Source of the DNA: the human T2T-CHM13v2.0 reference genome, Homo sapiens
NCBI GenBank assembly: GCA_009914755.4
Contig: CP068257.2
Location: 20,416,001-20,480,000, forward strand
Direction: 5' to 3'
Length of the DNA stretch: 64,000 bases
Both the position numbers and the translations under genes were made by a program. The notes below the pieces were generated by a model. That model was not told the origin of the DNA, ran no database searches, and saw only the letters and a program-made list of their open reading frames with translations. Shown here in pieces: positions 53,076-64,000 of this stretch. The first letter of the stretch is position 1. The number at the start of each line of letters is the position of its first letter.

Positions 53076-53448
53076 CACAGGTATATCTCTGAGATATTGA
53101 GGCTTTGGTTGGACACCACTGCAATAAAGCTCTTATCACAATAAAGCATGTCACACCAAGTTTTTTGTTTCTTAGTGCATATCAAAGTTATTTTTACATT
53201 ATAATGTATTCTATTAACTATGCAAGCATTATGTCTGAAACAATCAATGTACATATCATAATTGAAAAATATTTTATTGCTAAAAAATCTCTTTGTGCAG
53301 ACACACAAAGTAAGCACATGCTGTTGGAAAATGGTGTTGATAGACTTGTTCTACACAAGTTTGCCATAAACTTTCAACTTGTGAAAAAAACAAAACACAA
53401 TATCTTTAAAACACAACAAAACAAAGCACAATATGAGTTATGCCTGTG
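53076..53448 (+). mobile_element. Short non-autonomous DNA-transposon-like element with TIR-like ends (about 370 bp; family not assigned), copy 1
   Basis: 5' end cacaggtatatctctgagatattg; 3' end ...gcacaatatgagttatgcctgtg, whose reverse complement cacaggcataactcatattgtgc is an imperfect terminal inverted repeat of the 5' end. A homologous copy lies at 57384-57719. Internal matches include agtaagcacatgctgttggaaaatggtg..gacttgttctacacaa...aaagcacaatatgagttatgcctgtg versus agtgagcacatgctgttggaacaatgga..ggtcttgttatacacag...aaagcacaataaaatggggaatacctgta. Confidence 0.5.
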
Positions 53449-53989
53449 CATTACATCTATATATGTTATAAACTTATTTTTAAAATAATTATTGTATACA
53501 ATTTTATTATTTATAAAGAACTTAAAAGAAGTATATGGACTTTTATATTTACCTAAATATTTGCATTTTTGGTGCTTTCTCTGTATTTGCATATACTTGT
53601 ATTATTACCTGGTGATATTTCCTTTCAGCCTAAAGTTCCCACTTTAATATTTCTGGTAAACAGCTCTGCCAGTGATAAATTATTTCTTTTTTCCTTATCT
53701 GAAAATGTCTTTATTCAATGTCTCTGGACTCAATTATATGATTTTTCTCCCCTCAGCTTTATTAATAAATAAAAATTGTATATATTTACCATACAAGTAT
53801 TCTAAATCCATTGTGGTCAGTTCAACAATGTTCACAGTATCTTCCCCAAGAGCAGATTTCACCTTAAGAAACCACTTTCTTTGCTTATCCATAAGAAACA
53901 ACTCTTCATTCGTTCAACTTTTATCATGAAATTGCAGCAATTCAGTCACATCTAGTTCTCTTGCTTTTTCTCCTACATTTAGTACCCTT

Positions 53990-56750
53990 TAAGCCAGTTC
54001 TCTTCATCATCCCAGCTCTCACTCATCCTTTCCAATCTCTGTTAAGTATTTCTCCACTCTTAACCTCCATGTGATCAACTAGATTTTAGTTCCCACATAC
54101 TAGTGAGTACTTGCCATATTTGTATTTTTGTGCCTTGTTTATTTTACTAACGATAATGATCTCCAGATCCATCCGTGTTGCTGCAAATGACGATTTCATT
54201 TTTTTATGGCTGAAAAGTATTCCACTGTATATATACACCACATTTTATTCATCCATCCATTGACAAACATATAGGTTGATGCTATATCTTTGCTGTTGTG
54301 AATAGTGCAGCAATAAACATGTGAGTGCTGGTGTCCTTTGATATATTGCTTTATTTTCCTTTGGGTAGATATCCAATAGTGGGATTACTGGATTGAACAA
54401 TAATTTTATCTTTAGGTTTTTTGATAAATCTCCATGCTGTGTTCCACAGTGGCTGTACAAGTTTATATTTATGTGAACAGTGTATAAGCGTTTCTCTTTT
54501 TCCACATCCACACCAACATCTGTTATTGTTTTGCCTTTTTACAATAGTTATTCTGACTGGATTAATAACACATCTCATTATAATTTTGATTTGTGTTTCT
54601 TCATTGATGTTGAAAATTTTCTCATATACCTGCTGTCCATTTGTATGTATTCTTTTGAGAAATACCATTTCATGTCTTGTCTCCAATTTTTAATGAGATT
54701 ATTTATATTTTCCTGTTGAGTTGTTTGAATTCCTCATACATTCTGGATATTAGTCTCCCATTGGATGAATAGTTTGCAAATATTTCTTCCATTCAATAGG
54801 CTGTCACTTTACTCTGTTGATTGTTTCCTTTGCTGTGCAGAAGATTTTTGGCTTAAAATAGTTCCATTTGTCTATTTTGTTTTTGTTGCCTATGATTTTG
54901 GGGTCTGGGTCATAAATTCTTTCCTAGACCAAGGTCCATGATAGTTTGCACTAGGTTTTTTCTTCTAGTAGTTTTATAGTTTTTGGTCTTAAATGTAAGT
55001 TGTTTATCAATTTTGAATTGATTTTTGTGTACGGTAAGAGATAGGGGTCCAGTTTCATTCTTCTCCATGTGACTATCTAATTTTCTCATCACTGTTTATT
55101 AAAGAAGGGTTTATTTCTCCAATGTAAGTTTTTGTCAGCTTTGTCAAGATCAGTTGAGTGTAAATATATGACTTTATTTCTGGGTTCTTTATTCTTTTTA
55201 ATTGGTCTGTGCATCTTTTTACCAATACCATACTATGTTGATTACTATAGCTTTGTAATATATTATGAAGTCAGATAACGTGATGCCAGTTTTGATCTTT
55301 TTCTTAATATTGTTTTGGTTATTGGGGTCTTTTTGCTTCCATATAAATTTTAGAATTTTTTGTAATTCTGTGAAAAATTATGGTATTTTGATGGGGATTT
55401 TATTGAATCTGTAGATTGCTTTGGGCAGTATGGTCATCTTAATTATATTGATACTTCTTATCTATGAGCATGGGATATTTTTCTATTTGTGTCATCTTCA
55501 ATTTCATTCATCCGTTTTTGCAGTTTTCTTTGTGGAGATCTTTCACTTTCTTGGTTAAATTTATTTCTGGGTATTTTACTTTAGTGTAGTTGTTGTAAAT
55601 GGTACTGTCATCTTGATTTCTTTCTTAGCTATATTATTTATGTACAGAAATGCTACTGATTTTTGTAACTAGATTTTGAATCCTGAAACTTTACTGAAGT
55701 CGTTGATTAGGTTCAGGAGTCTTTTGGCAGAAACTTCAGGATTTTCTAGGTACAAAATTATATCATCAGTGAATAAAGATAATTGAACTTCCTTTCCTAT
55801 TTTTCCAATTTGTATGCATTTTATTTATTGCTCTTGCCAATTGTTTTGGCTAGGACTTAGTACTATGATGAATGGGAAAGGTGAAAGTTTGCATCTTTGT
55901 CTTGTTCCAGTTTTTAGCTGGAATGTTTTCATCTTTTTCTGTTCAGTATAATGTTGGTTGTGGGTTTGTTGTATATGACCTTTACTATTTTGAGGCATAT
56001 CCCTTCTGTGTCAAGTTTGTTGAGAGTTTTTGTTTTGAAAGGATGTCAAATTTTATTACATTATTTCTTTGTGTTTACTGAGATAATTATGTGGCTTTTG
56101 GCCTTCATTCTGTTGATGAGATATATCATATTTGTTGATTTGCATATATTGCACCATTCTTGCATCCTTGGTATAAATTCCACTTGATCATGGTGTATTA
56201 TCTTTTTGATGTGTTGTTGGACTCCATTTGATAGTATTTTGTTGATTTTTGTGTTAATGTTCATCAGGGATATTGGCCTATATTTTTCTTTTGTGTGTGT
56301 CCTTGTCTAGTTTTGGTATCAGGATGATACTGGCCTCAAAAACCATGACAGGAAGAAATACTTTTTATTCAGTTTTTGGAACAGTTTCAGGAGGATTGGT
56401 ATACCAGTTCTTTGTACATTTGGGTAGAATTCAGCTGTGAATCCACTTGCTCATGGGTCGTTTTTGTTGCAAGACTTTCTATTACTGATTCAACCTTGCT
56501 ACTTATTTTTGGCTTCTTCAGGTTTTCTATTTCTTTCTGATTCAATCTTGGTAGGTTGTATGTTTCCAGAAATTTACCCATTTCCTCTAGGTTTTTCAGT
56601 TTGTCAGCATATAGTTGTTCACAAAAGTCTCTGATGATCCTTTGTATGTCTGTGGCATCATTTGTAATATCTTCTTTTCATTTCTGATTTTGTTTATTTG
56701 GGTCTTCTGTCTTCATTTCTTGGTAGTCTAGCTATTGGTTCATCTCCCAT
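53990..56750 (-). mobile_element. Old L1 (L1PB/L1MA-like), 3' end plus much of ORF2, - orientation
   Basis: ...gttcccacatactagtgagtacttgccatatttgtatttttgtgccttgtttattttactaacgataatgatctccagatccatccgtgttgctgcaaatgacgatttcatttttttatggctgaaaagtattccactgtatatatacaccacatttt... is the reverse complement of the L1 3' region (gttcccacctataagtgagaacatg...ataatggcttccagctccatccatgtccctgcaaaggacatgatctcattcttttttatggctgcatagtattccatggtgtatatgtaccacatttt). Minus-strand ORFs 56061-56264 (..[55 protein letters not shown]2 RT) and 56387-56581 (..FLETYNLPRLNQKEIENL..) confirm ORF2. The upstream extent beyond 56750 is unclear. Confidence 0.85.
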
Positions 56751-57383
56751 CAGTTATCTTAACTAATTCATCAGATAATTTGCTGTAGCTTCTACATCAG
56801 CACTTGCTGTTTCATCTTGGGATTTTATGCTGTAGATACAACTGCTTTCCATGAACCTCACTGATCCACCTTTGCCAGCTTCACATTTTTCTTCCACATC
56901 TTCCTAACTTCTCTGAGCCTTCATAGAATTGAAGCAACTTAGTGCCTTGCTCTGGATTAGGCTTGGCTGAATGGAATGTTCTGGATGGTTTCCAGAATCA
57001 TTTATCCAGACCACTAAAGCATTTTTTACTATCAGTAATAAGACTATTTTATTTCCTTATTATTAGTGTGTTCACCGATGGAGCCCTTTTAATTTACTTC
57101 AAAAAATTTTCTTTCTATTCACAATTTGGCTAACTCTTTGGTATGTGATGCCTAAATGTTGTCCTTCCCAGCCTTCCTCGCCAAGCTTAATCATGTTTTC
57201 TTCACATGCTTTCTTCACTCAGTGTAATCATTTTTAGCTTTTAATTTAAAGTGAGAGACATGTGACTCTTGTTTTCACTTGAACACTTAGGAGCCATTGT
57301 AGGATTATTAATTGGCTTAAATTTAATATTGTATTTTTCTCAGGAAATAGGGAGAATTGAAGAGAGAAAGACAGATAAAGACA

Positions 57384-57719
57384 CAACCAGGTGATGGAGC
57401 AGTCAGAACACATATAACATTTATTAATTAATTCACTACCTTACATGGCATGGTTTGTGGTGCCTTAAAACAATTAAATAGTAACATCAAAGATCACTGC
57501 TCACAGATTACTGTAACAGATATGATAATAACAAAAATGTTTGAAATATGGTGAGAATTACTAAAATGTGACAGAGACATGAAGTGAGCACATGCTGTTG
57601 GAACAATGGAGCTGATGGTCTTGTTATACACAGAATTGTCACAAACCTTCAATATGTAAAACACACAATATCTGAGAAGTGCAATAAAGCAAAGCACAAT
57701 AAAATGGGGAATACCTGTA
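57384..57719 (+). mobile_element. Short non-autonomous DNA-transposon-like element, copy 2 (homolog of 53076-53448)
   Basis: Starts acacaaccaggtgatggagcag; ends ...aaagcacaataaaatggggaatacctgt. Same orientation as copy 1. Confidence 0.5.
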
Positions 57720-57825
57720 CAATGCTATGTTTTGATCTATGTATACACTGTAAAATGGTTAACACAATCAAGTGAATGGATGTATCTATCACTCTACATG
57801 TATCTTTGTGTGTGTGTATTGTGGG

Positions 57826-58740
57826 AACATTTAAGATCTAATTTGTTAGCAAATTTCAAATATACAATTCAGTGTTATTAACTATGGTCACCATTGCTAT
57901 ACATTAGATCTCCAGAACTTATTCATCCTGCCTAACTGAAACTTTGTGCTCTTTGACTCACATCTCAGCAATACTCCCACTCCCAGCCCCTGGCAACCAC
58001 CACTCTATTCTCTGCTTTTGTAAATTCAACTTTTTTAGATTCCACATATAAGTGAGATCATAACATATTTGTCTTTCTGTGACTGTCTTATTTCACTTAG
58101 CCTAATGTTCTTCAAGTTCATCCACCTTGTGACAAATAGTAGTATTTATTTCTTTTTAACACTAATAATATTCCAGTGTGTGTGTGTATGTGTATGTGTC
58201 TCACATTTTCTTTATCCATTTATTCCTTGATGGGCACTTAGATTGATTTCATACCTTGGCTATTATGAATAACGCTACAATAAACATGTGAGTGCAGGTA
58301 ACTCTTTGAGGTCCTGACTTCAGTTCTTTTAATATATATCCACAAGTGGTATTGCTGGAATTTACATTCATCCTATTCTTATTATATGAAGGACCTCCAT
58401 ATTGTTTTCCATAATGACTATACTAATTTACATCCTCACCAACAGTATGCAAAGATTCCCTTTAGTCCATATTCTTTCCAATACTTGTTACCTTTTGTCT
58501 TTTTGAGAGTAGCCGTTTTAACAGGTGTGAGATTATATCTCGTTGTGGTTTTGATTTGCATTCCTTTGATGCTTAGTGATAGTGAACATTCTTTAGTATT
58601 CCTGTTGTCCATTTGTATGTTTTCTTTTGAGAAATGTCTATGTACACCTTTTTCTAATTTTTAATCAGGGTATTTTTTTTTTGCTATTGAGTTTCTTATA
58701 TATTTTGGAAACTAAACTATCAGATGTTCAAATCAAGTTA
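57826..58740 (-). mobile_element. Old L1 (L1MA/L1PB-like) 3' end, - orientation
   Basis: ...ggtcaccattgctatacattagatctccagaacttattcatcctgcctaactgaaactttgtgctctttgactcacatctcagcaatactcccactcccagcccctggcaaccaccactctattctctgcttttgtaaattcaacttttttagattccacatataagtgagatcataacatatttgtctttctgtgactgtcttatttcacttagc... is the reverse complement of the L1MA/PB 3' UTR (...cccagcccctggcaaccaccattctactctctgtttctatgagtttgactattttagattccacatataagtgagatcatgcagtatttgtctttctgtgcctggcttatttcacttagc...). A (TG)n run precedes it at 57805-57825. Confidence 0.85.
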
Positions 58741-61080
58741 CATTCCTCTGTTTATGAAGCTATTGATTTTTACAGACAGCCTGTTCTAGTTAAAGTACCA
58801 TGCTATAGATCTGGGTAGAAAATAGCAGTTCACCCAGGTAATAACATGTCAGACTGCTCCTGCTCTTACTCAATGTTGAGTCATTTTAAATAAGTAATAC
58901 TTCCCAATTTGTTGAATACCTTTGGTTGATTTTAATAGCCCTGAAAAGATTCCTAAAATGATAACATTTTACAATAAGTTTTTATTGGACCTAGATTATA
59001 AATAGTGATGAATATTTATCTTGGAATTTTTAAGGAATATGTGCAATATTCCCTAATAAATAAATGAAATTTATTACCCATGTAAAACAAAGTATGTTAA
59101 TACCATAACCACAAAAGTTATACATGGATAGTTCTATTGTCAATAGTGCCAACATTTACAATGCAGTCTTAACGTAGTAAGATTTGCTGTTTATTCTAGC
59201 AATGGTGATTGTATTCTCTCACTAAAGTATTTAAGCAAAGGGGGCATTAATCCCTGGTGTCTACCCTTGATGTGTCACTTCTCAGAGGAAAAACGTTTTA
59301 CCTGTAGTACAGAGATATGGATGGCTAACTTGAAGAGTTAAGAAACAAAAGTGGAAATCTTTCCTCTAACCAAGCCCAAGGTTATTTGACAGTGGCACAT
59401 GTTAGAGAAAGAAAGGAACTCACTAAAAAAATGCCAATCTATTTTCAAAAACATAAAGTGTGAGTTATTTTAGTGAAGCTTATTGTGCAAAAATGCTTAG
59501 TAACATGAATACTTAGTAGTACATTCTTTCAAATGTATTGTGCTATTAAATGTAACAGATTAGAATCATAATTTCTACATAACATTAAAAAGCAGCTGTT
59601 GTATTTATTTTCCGACACCAAATTCTTCTCATAAATATACAACATTTATTTAAAATCTGGTATACTTACTCAGAAACTGTTCATTGCACCATTAATTTTC
59701 AAACTATAACCTGAAGGTTATCAGATTTTTCATCATTACTATTGTGAATGTTATGTTTAGAAAAGTCGCATGTCAAAAATATTTTATAAATGTAGATGGT
59801 GCCCAAAGATTTTAAGAAATATATTGTGACCAAAACTTTAGCATCTCTGTCATTACCTACCATCAATTTCAAGTAACAATTGAACTAATATATAAAATTA
59901 AAAGAAACATGTTACTGAGATATGACTACAACAAAAGATTTCATTTTAGAAGGGAAGACAAGTGTAAGTAACTGCTGGACAGCAGACTGTGTTCTCTCCT
60001 ACAGAAATTATCTTTAACAGGTGGGAATTGCTCAGTGATCAAGCACAGCTCATCAAAATGTTAATAACATGACAAGAGGTAAATGTATTCATGAGAATAT
60101 TAAAAATGTGAAACAATAGCATTTTTACATGCAGCTCAATGTTTACATCCAAATAAGCCTAATCATATGTTAAATATTGTAAAATATATTTAAGTAATAG
60201 ATATATGAACATTAAAAAGTGAGATAATGTCAGAAATTGGCAAATAACCTGATCATATAGAGATAATAAACCAGGGTAAGTCTGAGAGATATTTAGAAAG
60301 CAGTCCATAGTCCAATCTGATTTCTACTTTTTGGAGGCTCAGTTTGTCAACTTTCTGGGTATTGACAGAAAAGGGGGAGAGTAGAATTCAGGAGGGCAGA
60401 CAGAAGACCACTGGACTAGACAACAGGCAATCTTGCTTAAATTTAGGATTGCAGGTGGAGAAAAATGGTTGGATCGAAAATATGACTTTGAATATAGAAC
60501 TTTCTGATAGGTTAAATACTGGGATTTATACCACAGTATTAGAAAAAGAAAGGTGTCATGATAGAATCATAGGTTTTTGGTTTTAGCCACAGGGTCAACT
60601 GATGGTATCAGTTGCTGAAACAGAAAATACCAAAGAACAAGACAGATTGGGGAGAAAAGATTCTAAGCCAACTGTTAGTGGCATGTTAACTTTGAGATGC
60701 TTCTTGACATCTAAACTGAAATTTTGAAGGTTTTTAAAGATAGTTAGGCTGAATTTACAGAAGAGGTATGTGCACCATCAGCTTTATATTTAAAGACATG
60801 GAGATATGGGGTCATATTGAGAGTGAATGTGTTTAGAGAAAAGCAAAGGACTGAGTCTTCTGTCACATATTTAACCACTCACCAATTGGTTAAAAAATGA
60901 GAAGTCACCAAAGGAGAGTGGGGAAGACATTAAAAGGATACATCATTGACCTTACCTCAAGGAACGTACATTTATAAAGACAGATATGTGCTTTCATTAC
61001 TATAATGGGGGAAGCTTTGATAAGTGTATCAGTTGCTGTATGTATAAATAAAGTCCTACTACATTTCAGATAAGAAACAT

Positions 61081-61405
61081 GGCCAGGCAAGATGGCTTAT
61101 GTCTTTAATCTCAGCTGTTTGGGAAGCCAAGTGGAAAGATTGCTTGAGGCCAGGAGTTCAAGACCAACCTGGATAATGTAAGAAGACCTCGTCTCTATAA
61201 AAAATTAAAAATTGGCTGAGCATGGTGGCACATGCCTGTAGTTCTAACCACTCTTGAGGCTGATGTGAGAGGATTATTGGAGCCCAGGAGTTTGAGACTG
61301 CAGTGAGCTAGGATTACACTATTACACTCCAGCCTGGTCAACAAAGGAAGACCTTGTCTTTGAAACAACAACCAAAAGAAAACAAAAAGAAAAAAGAAAA
61401 GAAAG
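61081..61405 (+). mobile_element. Alu SINE (old and divergent, AluJ-like), + orientation
   Basis: ggccaggcaagatggcttatgtctttaatctcagctgtttgggaagccaagtggaaagattgcttgaggccaggagttcaagaccaacctggataatgtaagaagacctcgtctctataaaaaattaaaaattggctgagcatggtggcacatgcctgtagttc... Ends ...cttgtctttgaaacaacaaccaaaagaaaacaaaaagaaaaaagaaaagaaag. Many substitutions throughout. Confidence 0.9.
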
Positions 61406-62343
61406 ATAACTTTTAGGCAGGGATAATTTAGAGTTTTCTTGAAATTTCTGCTCTGCTTCTTCTCTTCTTTCAAATAATCTGTTCTTTCAAGAGTTTCAAA
61501 TGAATGAACAATGTGTCAATGAATGCACCACTGTCCCTCATAATCTCCTTTCTCCATTCAATGCTGGATGGTGCAGTGTAGTTACTTCTTACACATGGTC
61601 AAATCAGTCATTGACTAGACAGTGTCCTGTGGTTTTGCATGGAAATAAATTGAGATTTATCCCAGTTAACTGAATCAATAAGTAAAACAGAATGATGAAG
61701 AAAAGTAGAGTACAGTCGATTTATGTTAATTTCAGATGCTGGTGTTATATTGTATGGTCTCTTCCTGTTGTTTTCAGTAATACCCTGATTCCTACCCTTT
61801 CTCTGTCTGGCTTTTCATTTATTTCTGTAATTCTGTGACATCTGTCTGCCTCTCTATGTCTTCTTTTTTTCTTTGGAGAATTTGATGTTCTATGCCCCTT
61901 ATATCAAAATGAATCCAGTCATGAACAGGGATCAAAGCAAGTCTTATTAAAGAGAAAACAATTGAGCTGGGACACAAAGATTGAATAAAATTTTAGCTTG
62001 CAAATATCATGCTGTGTAAATGAGTTCATCCTATCTCATGATGACAATTTGAATTTACACAGTTTTTTAAACTCTGGCAGAAGATTAGATAATCATTTAA
62101 GTCAGATGGTCATATTCTAGTTTAGAATAAACCCTCTCTTTTCAGTCGGGTAAGTTAGACTTAAAATGTCAGAATGTATTTTGTTCCTAATCAAGTGTTT
62201 CAATCATTACCCCTCATCACGTCTACCACTATGTAAATCAACTCATCTCTTTACTTGCATAAGTTCTTTATATGCAAATTATTATTTCATTCATTAAAAA
62301 GTTACTTTCACTTATTCTCTGTGTACAATAGTTTGCACTGTAA

Positions 62344-62881
<538 letters not shown>

Positions 62882-64000
62882 ATCTCTCACCCTTTTTAAT
62901 TATCGTAGCCATCTACTATTGTCTTGTATGACCCTGTCAAGATGTATACATAGAGATGTATAAGCTTTTTCTTTACATGATCCTGGAAATCATCTTCGGT
63001 GATGTTAACATCTATATCGAGGATTCTTCTGAGTCTTTGATTATAAGATTCTTCAAACTTTTTAAGAGGACAGAATTTTATCTCCCTTCTAGATCATCAT
63101 TATCTTAACTATTACATGGCAAATTGTGTCTCTTTCCTCTTTTTTCTACAATATTAATGCTATCTGTCATCTCCCTTATTCCAACTCCCTCCTATACACT
63201 AAACTTGCTTTTGTTTCAAAATGATTCACTAATCAATCATATTCTCTGACTTTGCCAGTTATTTTAGGCAACTTATTCATTGTGTTTTTTCCTAAGTTGC
63301 ATAGACATTAAAATATAAATGCTAAGTAAAAGAGTATGAAAAAAAACTCTATGGAGAAAAATTGTCCTAATACAACCAAACCTATGCTTTTTCAATGCAG
63401 ACAGCCCAGTCCCAAAAAAGCACCTGAAGCTTGTTTTAGTTTTCATTCTTCTTATGGTAAGAATACCTCAAAGACAATGAAAAAGATCCTCAAAGCAATG
63501 AATCCAAGGAAAGAATTTCATAAAGTTGCAAGATATTGTATCCTCTGTATGTAACACATCAAAAGTACAAGGTTTTTCTAGGGATAAACTGGAGCTGTCT
63601 TCAGAGGCCTCTTTATCAGGGATGCCTGAATATCTCACATGTACAAAGTAGAATACCAAAGGGACACTTGGTTTTGTGCCTGTAGCAGGTATTTTTTATC
63701 TAGCTATACTTTATTCCAAACTCCATATATTCACTCATCTCTCTATCTAGACTTCTGTTGACCAATGGAACTTCTTGTGAGGAAAGATACATTTTACATC
63801 TTCGTTGTGCTATGTTATCCACCAGGCCAATATGGCTATTAAAAGAGGCTAGTGGACTGAACAATTGGATTTTTAGATTCATTTAATTTAAACTCAAATA
63901 GCCACATGTAGCTAGCAGTTGCAGTACACAGAAAAGCTCTAGAGGTATTCACTTGAAATTTTTTGACATAAACTGAGAACTTTAAAAACACGGTCAGTGC

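Noticed and set aside
53105-53488. 127 aa ORF
   Set aside because: It lies inside the short TIR-bearing DNA-transposon-like element. The sequence is AT-rich and low-complexity, and the homologous copy at 57384-57719 has no corresponding ORF.

Overview
This window reads as primate, almost certainly human, nuclear DNA. It is not prokaryotic, so there are no operons, CRISPR arrays or defence islands to report. The evidence is the repeat content: at least 11 Alu SINEs with A-rich tails (several with clean target-site duplications), multiple LINE-1 fragments that include a 5 kb L1PA-like element with an intact 5' UTR, ERV LTRs (MaLR-type and an LTR12/HERV9-like LTR), a small TIR-bearing DNA-transposon-like family, and many TA/CA microsatellites. 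The sequence is AT-rich and CpG-poor, with no CpG island. I can support no protein-coding exon or RNA gene. Every ORF over 100 aa in the track lies inside a transposable element (L1 ORF1/ORF2 remnants, L1 5'UTR antisense, LTR-like repeat, or the DNA-TE-like copy) or crosses a repeat junction. The window is most simply a repeat-dense intergenic or deep-intronic segment. The features worth a second look are all structural: a nested L1-in-L1 insertion with a roughly 12 bp TSD, a 5'-intact but 3'-truncated L1PA, two same-orientation LTR-like copies bracketing about 7 kb, an LTR12-like element with an internal partial duplication, two inverted Alu pairs, and two copies of an unclassified short element with TIR-like ends. 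All coordinates are from reading by eye and are approximate to about 10 bp. Family names come from remembered consensus sequences, not a database search.
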